Notes: a model not told the origin generated them from the sequence alone. Positions 1-9,922 are shown, counted from the first letter of the stretch. The stretch is DNA of 64,000 nt from Nitrospirales bacterium (GCA_965203295.1 CBDBCZ010000019.1:1344001-1408000); one strand, 5' to 3'. A program made the numbers and translations.

Positions 1-415
1 CTGCCTCAGGTTTACCCATTTCCTTGGCCTGGCCTATATAAATATTTTTTTCCCGCTCTAAGAGTTCCGTAGGGACATCTTCTCGCCGGACAAAGGATGG
101 ATTGGCAGCGGCAATTTGAAGCGCAATATCTTTGGCAAAGGCCTGAAATTCAGCATTTCTGGCAACAAAGTCGGTTTCGCAATTAATTTCTAAAAGAACG
201 CCAATCTTATTGCCTGCGTGAATGTATGACGTGATAATCCCTTCTTTTGTTTCCCTGCCAGCCTTTTTTTGGGCTGCCGCGAGACCTTTTTGCCGAAGAA
301 AATCAACGGCTTTTTCAATGTCGTGACTGTTTTCTTTCAAGGCATTTTGACAGTCCAAAATGCCGGCTCCTGTTTTTTCTCGAAGTTCTTTTACCAAGGC
401 GGTCATACTGGCCAT
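1..415 (-). CDS. tsf: Translation elongation factor Ts (5' part; runs off the window start)
   Basis: Manual translation from ATG 415: [26 protein letters not shown]...[12 protein letters not shown]; lies downstream of rpsB. Confidence 0.97.
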   Translation of the reverse strand, partial: MASMTALVKELREKTGAGILDCQNALKENSHDIEKAVDFLRQKGLAAAQKKAGRETKEGIITSYIHAGNKIGVLLEINCETDFVARNAEFQAFAKDIALQIAAANPSFVRREDVPTELLEREKNIYIGQAKEMGKPEA

Positions 416-475
416 GATGTGTCTGCTCCTTTAATGTAATGTAGTCGAGAGGAGTTAGTGACGGGTAAGCGAACG

Positions 476-1255
476 TCAGGGTGTTTGTATACTCTCCACG
501 TTAGTCTCTGAAGAGCGCGCCGAGAGCATGTCCGCCATAATACCATCTTCCTCTCCCACGGGCTCTTCCTGCTTCGCACGAAGTTGGCTGCCCTCTAAGC
601 AGGCGTCCGCGATCTGAGCTGTGAAAAGTTTTATCGATCGAATTGCGTCATCATTGCCTGGAATGGGGTAATCAATTCCCTGGGGGTCGCAATTGGTATC
701 GACGATGGCCACTACAGGGATTCCGAGGCGATTGGCTTCTTTAACCGTGATATGTTGGATTCGGGTATCCAGCACAAAGACACAGCCAGGAAGACTGTCC
801 ATACCTTTGATCCCACTTAAATATTTATCCAACTTTTCGCAGTCTTTCTCCATTAGCAGAACTTCTTTTTTCTTTAGCCGTTCATGGGTGCCATCCGTTC
901 GAGCAGCCTCTAATTTTTTTAAACGCCCGATGCTCTTTTGAATGGTGAGGAAGTTGGTCAACATGCCGCCCAACCACCGTTGAGTCACGTAAAACATACC
1001 GCAGCGATTGGATTCCTCTTCTACGATTCCAACGGCTTGGCGTTTGGTTCCTACAAATAGGACAGACTCTCCCGAAGCGACGGTATCTCGTACAAATGCG
1101 TAGGCAGTTTGGAATAGCTTGTGTGTTTGTTGAAGGTCGATGATATAAATGCCGTTTTTTTCACCAAAAATAAAAGGCTTCATTTTGGGGTTCCATCGAT
1201 TCGTTTGATGACCAAAATGAACGCCTGCCTCAAGCATGTCCTTTATGGTGAGCAT
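476..1255 (-). CDS. rpsB: 30S ribosomal protein S2
   Basis: [40 protein letters not shown] motifs. Confidence 0.99.
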   Translation of the reverse strand: MLTIKDMLEAGVHFGHQTNRWNPKMKPFIFGEKNGIYIIDLQQTHKLFQTAYAFVRDTVASGESVLFVGTKRQAVGIVEEESNRCGMFYVTQRWLGGMLTNFLTIQKSIGRLKKLEAARTDGTHERLKKKEVLLMEKDCEKLDKYLSGIKGMDSLPGCVFVLDTRIQHITVKEANRLGIPVVAIVDTNCDPQGIDYPIPGNDDAIRSIKLFTAQIADACLEGSQLRAKQEEPVGEEDGIMADMLSARSSETNVESIQTP

Positions 1256-1722
1256 GAGATTCCCGCTACCTCCTTTTTCCTGGTCGAACTTGGCCCTTTT
1301 CTGAGCCAGGTGTACCTAAATTGTTATTGATTTATCAGTACTTAAACACTCAACAGTGTGTAGGACTCAGGGCGCGTACAACCCCCTTCCCCTACGAGGT
1401 GCCTTAAACTTTCAAAAGGTAGCATAGCTGGGATTTTTTATGCAAGTTAATTCGTTGATTTATTCATAAGGGGCCGAGTTATTGGTTCAGTCCTAGAACT
1501 CACTAATACTGCGTCGGTTTTGACGTGGGAAAAGCACAAAGGAGGGGATCAATAGACAGTGTCTGGGAAGGGAGTTCTGAGTTTAAGACGGACTATCATT
1601 GGAAAATCGCTGTCATTCGTAGTGGATTTTGACTCATACCTGATGAGCTCAGTAAAGTAGTTGTTTTCCCGGAGAGTTCGTTTGAGCACCTATTAAATAT
1701 TTTTTTGAATGGAGCATCATTT

Positions 1723-3078
1723 ATGGTAGAGGTCCCGATAAAGTTGTATGTTCAGAATTTGGCGCAAAAAGCCAAAGCCAAGGCTCAATCACTCGGTATG
1801 GTTCCAGCCCCGATCAGAAAGAAAGCGCTCTTGGGTATGGCGGACAGTTTGGAGGAACGATGTGAAGAAGTTCTCGAAGCCAATAAATGTGATCTAGAAG
1901 CCATTCCCAAAGATTTGGGTACGACAGCCTACCGAACCGTCCTCGATCGGATTCGAATCTCCCAAGAGACTGTCCAAGATATGGCTCAAGGAATTCTGAT
2001 CGTAGCCGATCAGCCAGATCCCGTAGGTGAAATGACCTCCTGCTGGAATACCATTGACGGAATTCAAATGGCCCGTGTTCGAGTTCCGCTTGGTGTTATC
2101 GGAATTATTTCCGAGATGGGTCCCGAGGTCACAGCTCAATCGATTGCGATTTGCCTGAAAACCGCTAACGTGTGTCTGTGTCGTGGGGGGAAAGATTGGT
2201 TTGAGACCAGCAAGGTCGTGGCGAAGATCCTTCAGGAGTCGGCGGAGAAATTGGGGATTCCTGAAGGGACGATCGTGTTTCTCGATCGGCCTGAACGTGA
2301 GGGAGTTTTAGAATTAGTTCGTCTTCCAAAGTACATTGATGCGGTGATCCCTCATGGAATGGGAGGATTGCGAAGGGCGGTGTTAGAGCAAGCTCGAGTG
2401 CCCGTAATCGGGTATGATGGAGGAGCGTCTCATGTGTATGTTGATGGAGATGCTGACATCCCCCTCGCACAGACCATTGCGGTGAACTCCAAAATTCAGG
2501 ATCCTACAGCGTCCAACGCGGCCGATACCATATTGATTCATCAGAAAGTCGTCCGTCATCTTCTCCCTGGCCTTCTTCGAAGATTTCTTGAGGATTTTAA
2601 GGTCGATGTCTTTGGGTGTCCCAAAACGATTTCCCTGATGGGGATCATGGAGATGACCGGGCATAAAGGAATCACCCCTGCGAAGGAAGAGCATTGGGGG
2701 CAGAAATTTCAGTCTCTGACAGTCGCCATCAAAGTCATGAAGGATATGGAAGAAGCGCTTGAGCATATTGCAGCCTATGGCCCTGGTCATACTGATACGA
2801 TTGTGACGAGGGATTATGATGCGGCAATGAGTTTTGTCCAGCAGGTTAATTCCAGTGCTGTGCTGGTCAATTCCTCAACTCGGGTTCATAGTGGTCCTGA
2901 ATTGGGGCTTGGTCCAGAAATTGGTATGAGCACGATGTCCTTCCATAGACGGGGGCCACTGGTTCTGAACACACTCACCAGTGAAAAGTACGTGGGTTTT
3001 GGTTCTGGACACCTTCGTCAGCCTCATCCGGTTCCTGAGGCTTATGAGGATGCCATGATGATGTCACCTAAATTTTAG
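1723..3078 (+). CDS. proA: Divergent gamma-glutamyl phosphate reductase (ProA)-like ALDH-fold protein; catalytic Cys appears replaced by Ser
   Basis: RVPLGVIGII, HVYVD, VLVNSSTR and GPEIGMST..FHRRGP match the ProA layout; ATG 1723 follows GGAG; NSKIQDPTASN replaces NAKxQRPxxCN. Confidence 0.7.
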   Translation: MVEVPIKLYVQNLAQKAKAKAQSLGMVPAPIRKKALLGMADSLEERCEEVLEANKCDLEAIPKDLGTTAYRTVLDRIRISQETVQDMAQGILIVADQPDPVGEMTSCWNTIDGIQMARVRVPLGVIGIISEMGPEVTAQSIAICLKTANVCLCRGGKDWFETSKVVAKILQESAEKLGIPEGTIVFLDRPEREGVLELVRLPKYIDAVIPHGMGGLRRAVLEQARVPVIGYDGGASHVYVDGDADIPLAQTIAVNSKIQDPTASNAADTILIHQKVVRHLLPGLLRRFLEDFKVDVFGCPKTISLMGIMEMTGHKGITPAKEEHWGQKFQSLTVAIKVMKDMEEALEHIAAYGPGHTDTIVTRDYDAAMSFVQQVNSSAVLVNSSTRVHSGPELGLGPEIGMSTMSFHRRGPLVLNTLTSEKYVGFGSGHLRQPHPVPEAYEDAMMMSPKF

Positions 3079-3166
3079 TGCCTGAATGACAGAAAAACCT
3101 GGTATTTGTTGAGGCCGTTTGGAAGTCTAAAGTCCTTGGCTTAGAAAAGCTCCACACTTTATTCTT

Positions 3167-4642
3167 ATGATGGAAGAGAGTCTTCTGGCATCGTATGAAC
3201 AGATCTTTCACCATCATGCCCAACAGTGGGGACTACGTGCTTTCGACCAGGAAGCAGAATATTATCGCTGGCAGCATTCAGCGCTAACCCGTGAACAGCT
3301 TGGTCTTCTTCAAACATTGGCAGAGCGACGGCACGGAAATGCGGATCCTGATGCGGATGTCGCGTTTTATGATTGCGTCGCGGCTTCCGATATTTTTCCT
3401 ATCCTTTACAGCCAGCGGTATGACTACTACCGAGTCGTTGGGTTAGCCGTCGCTTCTCGTCTCCTCCCTAGTTCCACGGTGTTGGATTTTGGCTGTGGGA
3501 TCGGCATTCTCACAACCCTGTATGCGAAGTTGTTCCCCGAAGTAGAGTTTATGGGGGTCGACCGTTCTTCTGTTTCCATTGAAGTCGCTCGTGAACAGGC
3601 CGAGCGGTTTTCCCTCACGAATGCTCAATTTCTCTGTTGGTCTGCCCCTGGACCAACATTGGGAAAATCCTGTGATGTTGTCGTGTCCACTCAAGCGGTT
3701 TTTCAGACTGAAACAAACCCTGGGCTTCCAAGTGAATCCTGGAAAACGTTTGAGCGAGCGTGGGATGATTCGGTGCTTATTGCTGCGGAACAGACGACAG
3801 GGCTGCAAGCGCGTTTAGATTTCCTTCGTCAGTCTTTAGCCCCAAACGGAAAAATGATTCTGTTTGAGAAAGCGCAACACCTTGGCCGTCGGGTTCTTTT
3901 ACAACGGGCTTTATCCAGACGAGAGCTGGCTCCGAATGAATTCCCAACATTCTTGTCATTTGATTCACTTGGTGAGCAGGAATGGGATGGTCCTTTGTAT
4001 GTTGTGAAGTCCCAACAGAGCCCGGGTCTTCAAGAATGGGACGAAGCGCCTGTGATTGTGGATGAACAACGACTCTATGGGTGTTATGGCGAAATTGCAG
4101 ACTGGGTGATGTCACGCTTTCCACAAAAACATGTTGAGCGAAGTTGGAGAGAAGAAAAACCGAAAATTGGTCCTGTGGACATGGAAGTGGGGACCTTTTC
4201 TGAATGTTTTGCCTATGGGTTTTTGATGGCCAATGCTACATTTCGTGGACTCATAGTTGGAGGCTTCCAAGATAGACCCCTCATTGAGCGTTTTTTATAC
4301 AGGCAGGTCCGTCAAGCCGACGATGAAGTAGAAAATGGTCTGACCCTTGAGAACAAATGGTTAGGTACGCCGGATGATGAGCAAGGGCAGAAACCGAGCT
4401 ATGAAAACCATTCTCTTGCCGCGCAGAAGGTGTGGGAAAATTTGCCTCAACGAGATGTGCTTCACTCGCAGACTCTGGAGGAGTCAGGTGGCAGACAGCG
4501 ACATATCGAGTTAGGAAAGTGTGCTGACTTGAGCTACGTGTATTGGGCGAACACCTATGATCAGAGGCAGCTAGTCGTGGTAGAAGATGATCGTTCGGCT
4601 TTTTTGCAGGAATATTATGAGCAATCGGTCAAGGAAGAATGA
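3167..4642 (+). CDS. Class I SAM-dependent methyltransferase with an uncharacterised C-terminal region
   Basis: Motif I VLDFGCGIG followed by GVDRS; 491-aa open frame. Confidence 0.75.
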   Translation: MMEESLLASYEQIFHHHAQQWGLRAFDQEAEYYRWQHSALTREQLGLLQTLAERRHGNADPDADVAFYDCVAASDIFPILYSQRYDYYRVVGLAVASRLLPSSTVLDFGCGIGILTTLYAKLFPEVEFMGVDRSSVSIEVAREQAERFSLTNAQFLCWSAPGPTLGKSCDVVVSTQAVFQTETNPGLPSESWKTFERAWDDSVLIAAEQTTGLQARLDFLRQSLAPNGKMILFEKAQHLGRRVLLQRALSRRELAPNEFPTFLSFDSLGEQEWDGPLYVVKSQQSPGLQEWDEAPVIVDEQRLYGCYGEIADWVMSRFPQKHVERSWREEKPKIGPVDMEVGTFSECFAYGFLMANATFRGLIVGGFQDRPLIERFLYRQVRQADDEVENGLTLENKWLGTPDDEQGQKPSYENHSLAAQKVWENLPQRDVLHSQTLEESGGRQRHIELGKCADLSYVYWANTYDQRQLVVVEDDRSAFLQEYYEQSVKEE

Positions 4643-4671
4643 AACATAAACGACGGCGGATTTTTCGTGAC

Positions 4672-4692
4672 AAAAGGTGTCAGGAGCCTTTT
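4672..4692. repeat. Short REP-like palindrome AAAAGG-TGTCAGGAG-CCTTTT
   Basis: 6-bp inverted arms; resembles GGTGTCAGGAACC-type repeats I associate with RAYT transposases; single copy in the window. Confidence 0.35.
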
Positions 4693-4895
4693 CTGCATCT
4701 CGGGGGTCGGGTAGCCCCTGATGAATGCGGGGTCGCCGCTTCCAGGTTTTCCTCTCGGATATGCCGCGATGACTTCCTCTCCTTCGTCGGTGCCATCCCT
4801 GGACGTTCGGGGTGGAGGTCCAGGCCTAATCCCACTATTGACACCTGCTGTGGCGACGCGAAATCGGATTTATCCCACTTTCTGCCTTCTCGAGT

Positions 4896-5225
4896 TCAGC
4901 GGCCGGCTCGGGCTGCGATGGCAAACACGTAGAAATAGCGATCGAGGCTTGCCAAATCGCCACCATACTCTTTCCCGCCAAGCATTGCATCACATAGCAA
5001 TTCCCGTGCACGAGTCAGTTCTTTCCTTCGACCTGTCCAGCGGGAATCGCCGATCGTGAGATCGAGGAGTTCCACCGCACGTTGAAAGGCATTTTCACAG
5101 AGTTGCGCATCCTTTTCTTGCCATCGACGTACTCGGACGACGTCACTTCCGACATTGGCCAGTTGTTCTGCTAACGGCATCGTCTGCCAGCGTCCCGACG
5201 CCAATCTTGCATGTTGTTGAGACAT
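4896..5225 (-). CDS. Conserved hypothetical helical protein, partner of the DUF5674 gene
   Basis: 109-aa ORF (RW..MPLAEQLANVGS; RAVELLDLTI.D.RW..R.KEL.RARE) starting 6 nt after the DUF5674 stop. Confidence 0.75.
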   Translation of the reverse strand: MSQQHARLASGRWQTMPLAEQLANVGSDVVRVRRWQEKDAQLCENAFQRAVELLDLTIGDSRWTGRRKELTRARELLCDAMLGGKEYGGDLASLDRYFYVFAIAARAGR

Positions 5226-5231
5226 CCTGCA

Positions 5232-5577
5232 TCACCTCTTTGCCAATTGGTTGACAATCCTTGTGATCGTGTCCCTCAAGTTCTGGCTCTCTATATATCG
5301 TGAACGATTGCTGGCGGAAGGGCGTACGTTGATCATGGAATCAAACTCGATCCATTCTTCGACCGGCTTGTCAGGATAGAGATTTATTCCCCATAGGTGC
5401 CGTTGCTGAGACCCTTGGTCCAAAAGAACCGCTTCCTCATCCGATGAAGCTCCCGCTGATCGCCATGATGTTGCGTTCCACGTCCACGACAGCCTTGACC
5501 ATATCACCGAACTGCTGCTTTGCGATCTCCAGCAGTTCGTCCCGCGAAATCGCATCCCGTATAACTCTGATTTCCAT
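5232..5577 (-). pseudogene. DUF5674-family protein, frameshifted near 5441-5455
   Basis: From ATG 5577: MEIRVIRDAISRDELLEIAKQQFGDMVKAVVDVERNIMAI; the frame then shifts to DEEAVLLDQGSQQRHLWGINLYP...EFDSMINVRP. Confidence 0.75.
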
Positions 5578-6048
5578 GCTGCTCCTCTGCCTATGATAGT
5601 GGCCTCACCGAGGACTCCTGCTCCTTGAGGAAAGCTTGTGAGTTTCGCAGGGTATCCCGATACAGCAAGGTTCTGTCAAGAGGCAGAGCCATGGAAAATT
5701 TGAAGGGAGCAAGGCCTGTCGCGGGACGGGAGATCTACTTTTGCTCGCAACGATAACTTCAAAAAAATATTTCACACTTGCAAAGACTCGCGAGAAATCA
5801 AGCGTGTGAAAGTTTTGCTGTATAAAGAGAAAAGTTGCAATCCGAATCATCTTCAGGTGCAACTATAATATTCCTCGATTCAGGTGACGCTCGACGTGTA
5901 TTCTCATTTGTATGAAAAGCGCAATTGAGAATGGGGGAATCGGTTGGATGAACCTGTGGAGATTTTTGGGGCTGAGCTGGAATCAACAACTTAGACGTAA
6001 CCTGAAGAAACGGGGTTACGCATAGCACTCGTAAGCTCTTGAAAAATC

Positions 6049-6124
6049 TGGTGGCGGTGGAGGGTTTCGAACCCCCGGCCCGCGGCTTATGAGTCCGCTG
6101 CTCTACCACCTGAGCTACACCGCC
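6049..6124 (-). tRNA. tRNA with CAT anticodon, probably elongator tRNA-Met (Ile2 not excluded)
   Basis: 76-nt cloverleaf GGCGGTGTAGCTCAGGTGGTAGAGCA-GCGGA-CTCATAA-GCCGC...TTCGAAA...CACCGCCA-CCA; G1-C72 is paired, so not an initiator. Confidence 0.93.
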
Positions 6125-6217
6125 ACATGACACGCTTATGATGTATACTCGCTTCCTTGGTGAAGAATCAAATCATCTCTTCAGGAACACATTGGTGGGA
6201 TAGGACCTCAGGTAAGG

Positions 6218-6778
6218 TCACCCAACACCGGGCGCAGTATTTTCATCTCGACTTTCTTTGAGTTCTTCGAGGCGAGCTTCTTCGTCATCCTCTAATTTCG
6301 TTTCTTGTTTGATGTCATGCAGTTCTTGGGGGTTGAGATATTTTACGGCTGTCCCGCACAAGATTTTTTGCCGGATTGTCCCATTTAATTGAATATTGAG
6401 AATAGCATCGACTCCAAGTTTTTTGGCTTTTTCCAGCAACTCAAAGCGTAGTTCATCCCAATTGACCCCTGTCTTCTTCGGATCCTGTTCGGCTTGGATC
6501 TGACATACTTCACGATAGGGCCTATCTGGAAGTTCTTGAAGAATCTCAATTTTTCTATCTGAAAAATGTCCTTCAGATTTTGTCCCATCCTCTGTGTTTA
6601 CAGCCTCCAGTCTTGGAGCGCGTGCAACATCCACATCAAAAGTCTTGATACGTAACGCGGCAAGTGCCGCTTCATGTTCGTTGCTACTTTGGGTGAGTCT
6701 TCGTAATTTTTCGACTCGTTCAAGAGCTTCTTGGAGGCTCATTTTCGCCCCCTTCTTTCGAAGTGCATTGACTGGCAT
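6218..6778 (-). CDS. Hypothetical protein with a DUF2786-like N-terminus and a YbjQ-like central domain
   Basis: LERVEKLRRL..SSNEHEAALA, then LLEKAKKLGVDAILNI...GTAVK. Confidence 0.6.
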   Translation of the reverse strand: MPVNALRKKGAKMSLQEALERVEKLRRLTQSSNEHEAALAALRIKTFDVDVARAPRLEAVNTEDGTKSEGHFSDRKIEILQELPDRPYREVCQIQAEQDPKKTGVNWDELRFELLEKAKKLGVDAILNIQLNGTIRQKILCGTAVKYLNPQELHDIKQETKLEDDEEARLEELKESRDENTAPGVG

Positions 6779-6886
6779 ACGCGAAAACTAAATATACTAT
6801 TGGACTTAGAGTACGAGGGTATTCAGCACCAAACCATACAACGATGAAAAGTTGCGATAAGATTCGAATTGTTGCAGAGTTGGTTC

Positions 6887-8083
6887 TTACGTTCGTCGTT
6901 TGCCATCCTGTTCCCCGATCAAGGCATGGAGAACTCCTACGCCTTGCTCGTTCAGTTCGATAGGTTGCTCTTCGCCCTCTGGAGTGGGGAGGGCATCGGC
7001 TAGGGATTTCGGCGTGGCCAAGCCAATGAGCATTTTTTCAATTTCCTCAGAAGTCGTATCAAGTTCGGCTTGAATGGCCAATAACCGTTGAAGAGCAAAA
7101 ATCGACCTCGCATGACTTCCCCATGCTCCACTATGCTCCGTATCGATTGGTCTCGTGATATCAGCCCAAAACTTTGATTCGGCCTCTTCTGAAAGCGTCC
7201 CGAATGCAAATTCTTTCAGTTTCTCCATGAGCTGTTCTTCGGAATGTTCCAAACCCCCATAGCTGACGATTGAGCGTTCAACCCGTCGACTGTTGAGTAC
7301 GACTAATGTTTCCTTCCATAAGTCAGGAGACTGGGAGGGTGTGGAATCAGGTTCTGACTGAGGAGACGATTGCGTTTCTTGAAGTATGCGTTGTAGTAAG
7401 GTGAGATATTGTTGTAATGCCTTAACTTTACGACTTGCCAGGGAGCCCAGGGGAATCCCCCAAATGTGAGCAATTTCGTGGTCTTGTAATATGGACGCTC
7501 CTGCCAATTGAAAGTCCCGTTTACTGCTCATGAGACGTCGTTTCTGGCGAATGAGCCGTCGATGGAGAGTTTGGTATTCAATCAATAATCGTTCTTTTCT
7601 AAATTCTTCTTCTGTGATGGTTCCTTGATCAAAGGCTTTCTCCAGTTGCCGAATTGCCGGTTTTGGAATGGCGGATGACGCTTGCTTTTGTCGTTCTTGG
7701 AGGATCGAGGAATCAACGTCGCATTTGGAGGTCAACAGCCGTTCTGTGACCGAAATGATCAGCTCAGTTTGCGTGATTTGCTGTTGCAAACATTTAACTT
7801 GGAGCCAAGGTCTTTCCCGTTTTTGCCTGAGATAGCCATGATACTGAGCCATTCGGGCACTAATCTCTTTCGTTCCATCTAAGGGAGAAGCCTTTTCCTT
7901 GGGTTGACGACCGGCTTGAAATCGAGAGTCAGGTTGATCTTGTGCCATGTATTCAATTTCGTCTTGTGTGACCTCGAGGAATTGGAGAAATAAAAAATGA
8001 AGCATCGTTCGACTTTGTATGGAGAGGGAATCAATAGCGGATTCAATTTGTGTCGATGTGAGTATGGGCATGATGTATACCAA
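6887..8083 (-). CDS. Hypothetical helical protein with sigma-70 region-4-like segments
   Basis: 398-aa ORF; IESAIDSLSIQSRTMLHFLFL near the N-terminus and DHEIAHIWGIPLGSLASRKVKAL at aa 201. Confidence 0.65.
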   Translation of the reverse strand: MVYIMPILTSTQIESAIDSLSIQSRTMLHFLFLQFLEVTQDEIEYMAQDQPDSRFQAGRQPKEKASPLDGTKEISARMAQYHGYLRQKRERPWLQVKCLQQQITQTELIISVTERLLTSKCDVDSSILQERQKQASSAIPKPAIRQLEKAFDQGTITEEEFRKERLLIEYQTLHRRLIRQKRRLMSSKRDFQLAGASILQDHEIAHIWGIPLGSLASRKVKALQQYLTLLQRILQETQSSPQSEPDSTPSQSPDLWKETLVVLNSRRVERSIVSYGGLEHSEEQLMEKLKEFAFGTLSEEAESKFWADITRPIDTEHSGAWGSHARSIFALQRLLAIQAELDTTSEEIEKMLIGLATPKSLADALPTPEGEEQPIELNEQGVGVLHALIGEQDGKRRT

Positions 8084-8102
8084 CCTTTAGGGTGAAATGA
8101 AG

Positions 8103-8324
8103 TTAAGACGATGTGTTGTCCGTGGATTTTTCTTCTTCTAAATGGGTAGCGACGTATTCACGAAGCTCTTGGACCGTCCCTTTGGAATAAAGCTCCCGAG
8201 GAATTTCGACGGTAATGAGTTGAGAAGGGTCAGCCCCCCGTTCAATGGCCCATTCTTCATCAATATACAAGGTCACGCCACCGTCCTTGTGCCGTATAAC
8301 ATAGAGGGTATCTTTTTCTTCCAT
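8103..8324 (-). CDS. Small acidic hypothetical protein
   Basis: 73-aa ATG ORF, co-oriented and 19 nt upstream of the 398-aa gene. Confidence 0.7.
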   Translation of the reverse strand: MEEKDTLYVIRHKDGGVTLYIDEEWAIERGADPSQLITVEIPRELYSKGTVQELREYVATHLEEEKSTDNTSS

Positions 8325-8417
8325 GAATCACTGAATCTTATGTGGAGTGCCTTATTAGCGTAACATAGCGGAATGAAATCTGTCAAAAATCAGGATGTGA
8401 AAAAAATGTCAATCCAC

Positions 8418-9088
8418 TTAAGTCACAGAGTGAACGAAAACACGGCGGCGAAGGAACACGTAGATGGTAAACGCAGCCAGGGTGATGAGGAATACGGTAC
8501 GGATCCTTCCGTATCCAATGCAAGCCAGGTTTACCGTCGCATTTAACAAGCCAAACCCAGCATAGGCCAGGTAGACCAATAGGGATCATCGTCGTAATCG
8601 AAGAAAGCCATATCCGATCGCGATATGGAGGGTTGGAGATTGGATTTTGCTACCCCCCCATAAGGCCTGTGGATTTGGTGCAAAATACGGTCAGCGCATA
8701 GTTGGGGTTAGCCAGAATAATGTACATGTCCGTGAAAGCCGTAAGAAAGAAAAGAGCTCCAAGATAACGGATGTCATGACCCTCGGCCCATACTGTCTTG
8801 AGGGTTTCCCATAAACCTGGAGGCTCTAACAGGGAAACCTCGTAGGCTTGAAGACACCACCAGGGAAGAAGAACCAACATGGCAAACAGAATAACCCACC
8901 CTATACTTAATGAGAGAACCGATGATCCAAGTGATTCCCAATAATATGATTCCGGACGCCATCGTCCTCATGGCGGGCCCAGAATTTTTCCTTAGAAGAT
9001 GACCCAAACCCGGGATCAGTGCCGAAACTAGAATAGGGACCAAGACGTCAGATCGAGGCGGAGCGCTCTGCTTAAACTGGTCTTTCAT
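8418..9088 (-). pseudogene. Multi-pass membrane protein disrupted by two frameshifts and an in-frame TGA
   Basis: Three consecutive hydrophobic fragments in different frames; the last reads QSPTLHIAIGYGFLRLRR*SLLVYLAYAGFG...RRRVFVHSVT* with TGA at 8586-8588. Confidence 0.75.
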
Positions 9089-9114
9089 GAACTAAATACA
9101 GCTGGATGTATAAG

Positions 9115-9154
9115 AAAAACAGAAATCTCTACATGACGATGGAGAGATTTCTGT
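9115..9154 (-). terminator. Probable intrinsic terminator downstream of the heme-protein gene
   Basis: Perfect 12-bp inverted repeat ACAGAAATCTCT (9119-9130) / AGAGATTTCTGT (9143-9154), followed by a T-run on the minus strand. Confidence 0.55.
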
Positions 9155-9214
9155 AGAGAGGGGAGTACGAGAATAAACTAGCGAAATAAGGGAACTAAGG
9201 AGAAAGAGCAGGAG

Positions 9215-9922
9215 TTATCCACCTAAGGTGTCGAGGGTCTCTTTGACACTCTTCATGATACAGGTAAAAATTGGAGTATCCCTTTTGGTATACCGGCTTC
9301 CTTCCGCTTCCCGGAGGTGCATCACTAAATCCAGAAAATCTTGGGGGGAGTCGGTTTCAAAAGCGACAACAAATTCTTGGTCGTCAAGCCCAAAGGAATA
9401 AGTCGTATTGAGCTTGACTGAAGGGTACCGGTGACCGATCTCAATGTGTTCATCCATCATTCCCTGCCTGGCAGCTTTCGTCAGAAGATACCATTCCCGC
9501 GTTTTCTCAAAAGGATAGACGAAGATATATTTACTTTTCCCTGGTACGAGCCTAAGTCGGCGGCTATCCTGCCCTTCATGAACATGTTGATCGACATATA
9601 CGGATCTCTTGGTCATAGACAGGTACGAATAAGGAGTGGTGAGGTATTTTCCTATGCCTGTTTCCAAAATCTTTGACATTTGTTCTTGGAACAATTCCAG
9701 CTCATAGGTGATCCGCCAAAGCATAAAGTCGCAGTCACCACGAATTCCCACAGTGGTGTAGGGAATAACGATGACCTTGCCTGAAAATTCCTCCACAGCT
9801 CGGATAAATTCTTGTTTGCCGGCTTGACGTTCTTCGGGAGGCAGCCTTCGCCACGCAGGATCGATTTTATGGAAACTAAAATTGACAAATTGCCGTTTGG
9901 CAGGGGTCTCTGCACTGGCCAT
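9215..9922 (-). CDS. Chlorite dismutase-fold heme protein, likely coproheme decarboxylase (ChdC/HemQ-like)
   Basis: YPFEKTREWYLL, MMDEHIEIG and TYSFGLDDQEFVVAFETD; Leu sits at the distal-Arg position of true Cld. Confidence 0.8.
   Translation of the reverse strand: MASAETPAKRQFVNFSFHKIDPAWRRLPPEERQAGKQEFIRAVEEFSGKVIVIPYTTVGIRGDCDFMLWRITYELELFQEQMSKILETGIGKYLTTPYSYLSMTKRSVYVDQHVHEGQDSRRLRLVPGKSKYIFVYPFEKTREWYLLTKAARQGMMDEHIEIGHRYPSVKLNTTYSFGLDDQEFVVAFETDSPQDFLDLVMHLREAEGSRYTKRDTPIFTCIMKSVKETLDTLGG

Noticed and set aside
1256..1400. rpsB autoregulatory leader RNA
   Set aside because: Plausible from position, but I could not support a specific structure by eye; it needs a covariance-model search.
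4639..5059. Plus-strand ORFs 4639-4932 and 4721-5059, and the many short ORFs overlapping core genes
   Set aside because: They have no recognisable motifs and are shadow frames of better-supported genes or of non-coding DNA.
9215..9922. Functional chlorite dismutase
   Set aside because: It reads VKLNTTYSFG where Cld has VKRKLYHSTG, so the distal Arg is missing. ChdC/HemQ-like fits better.
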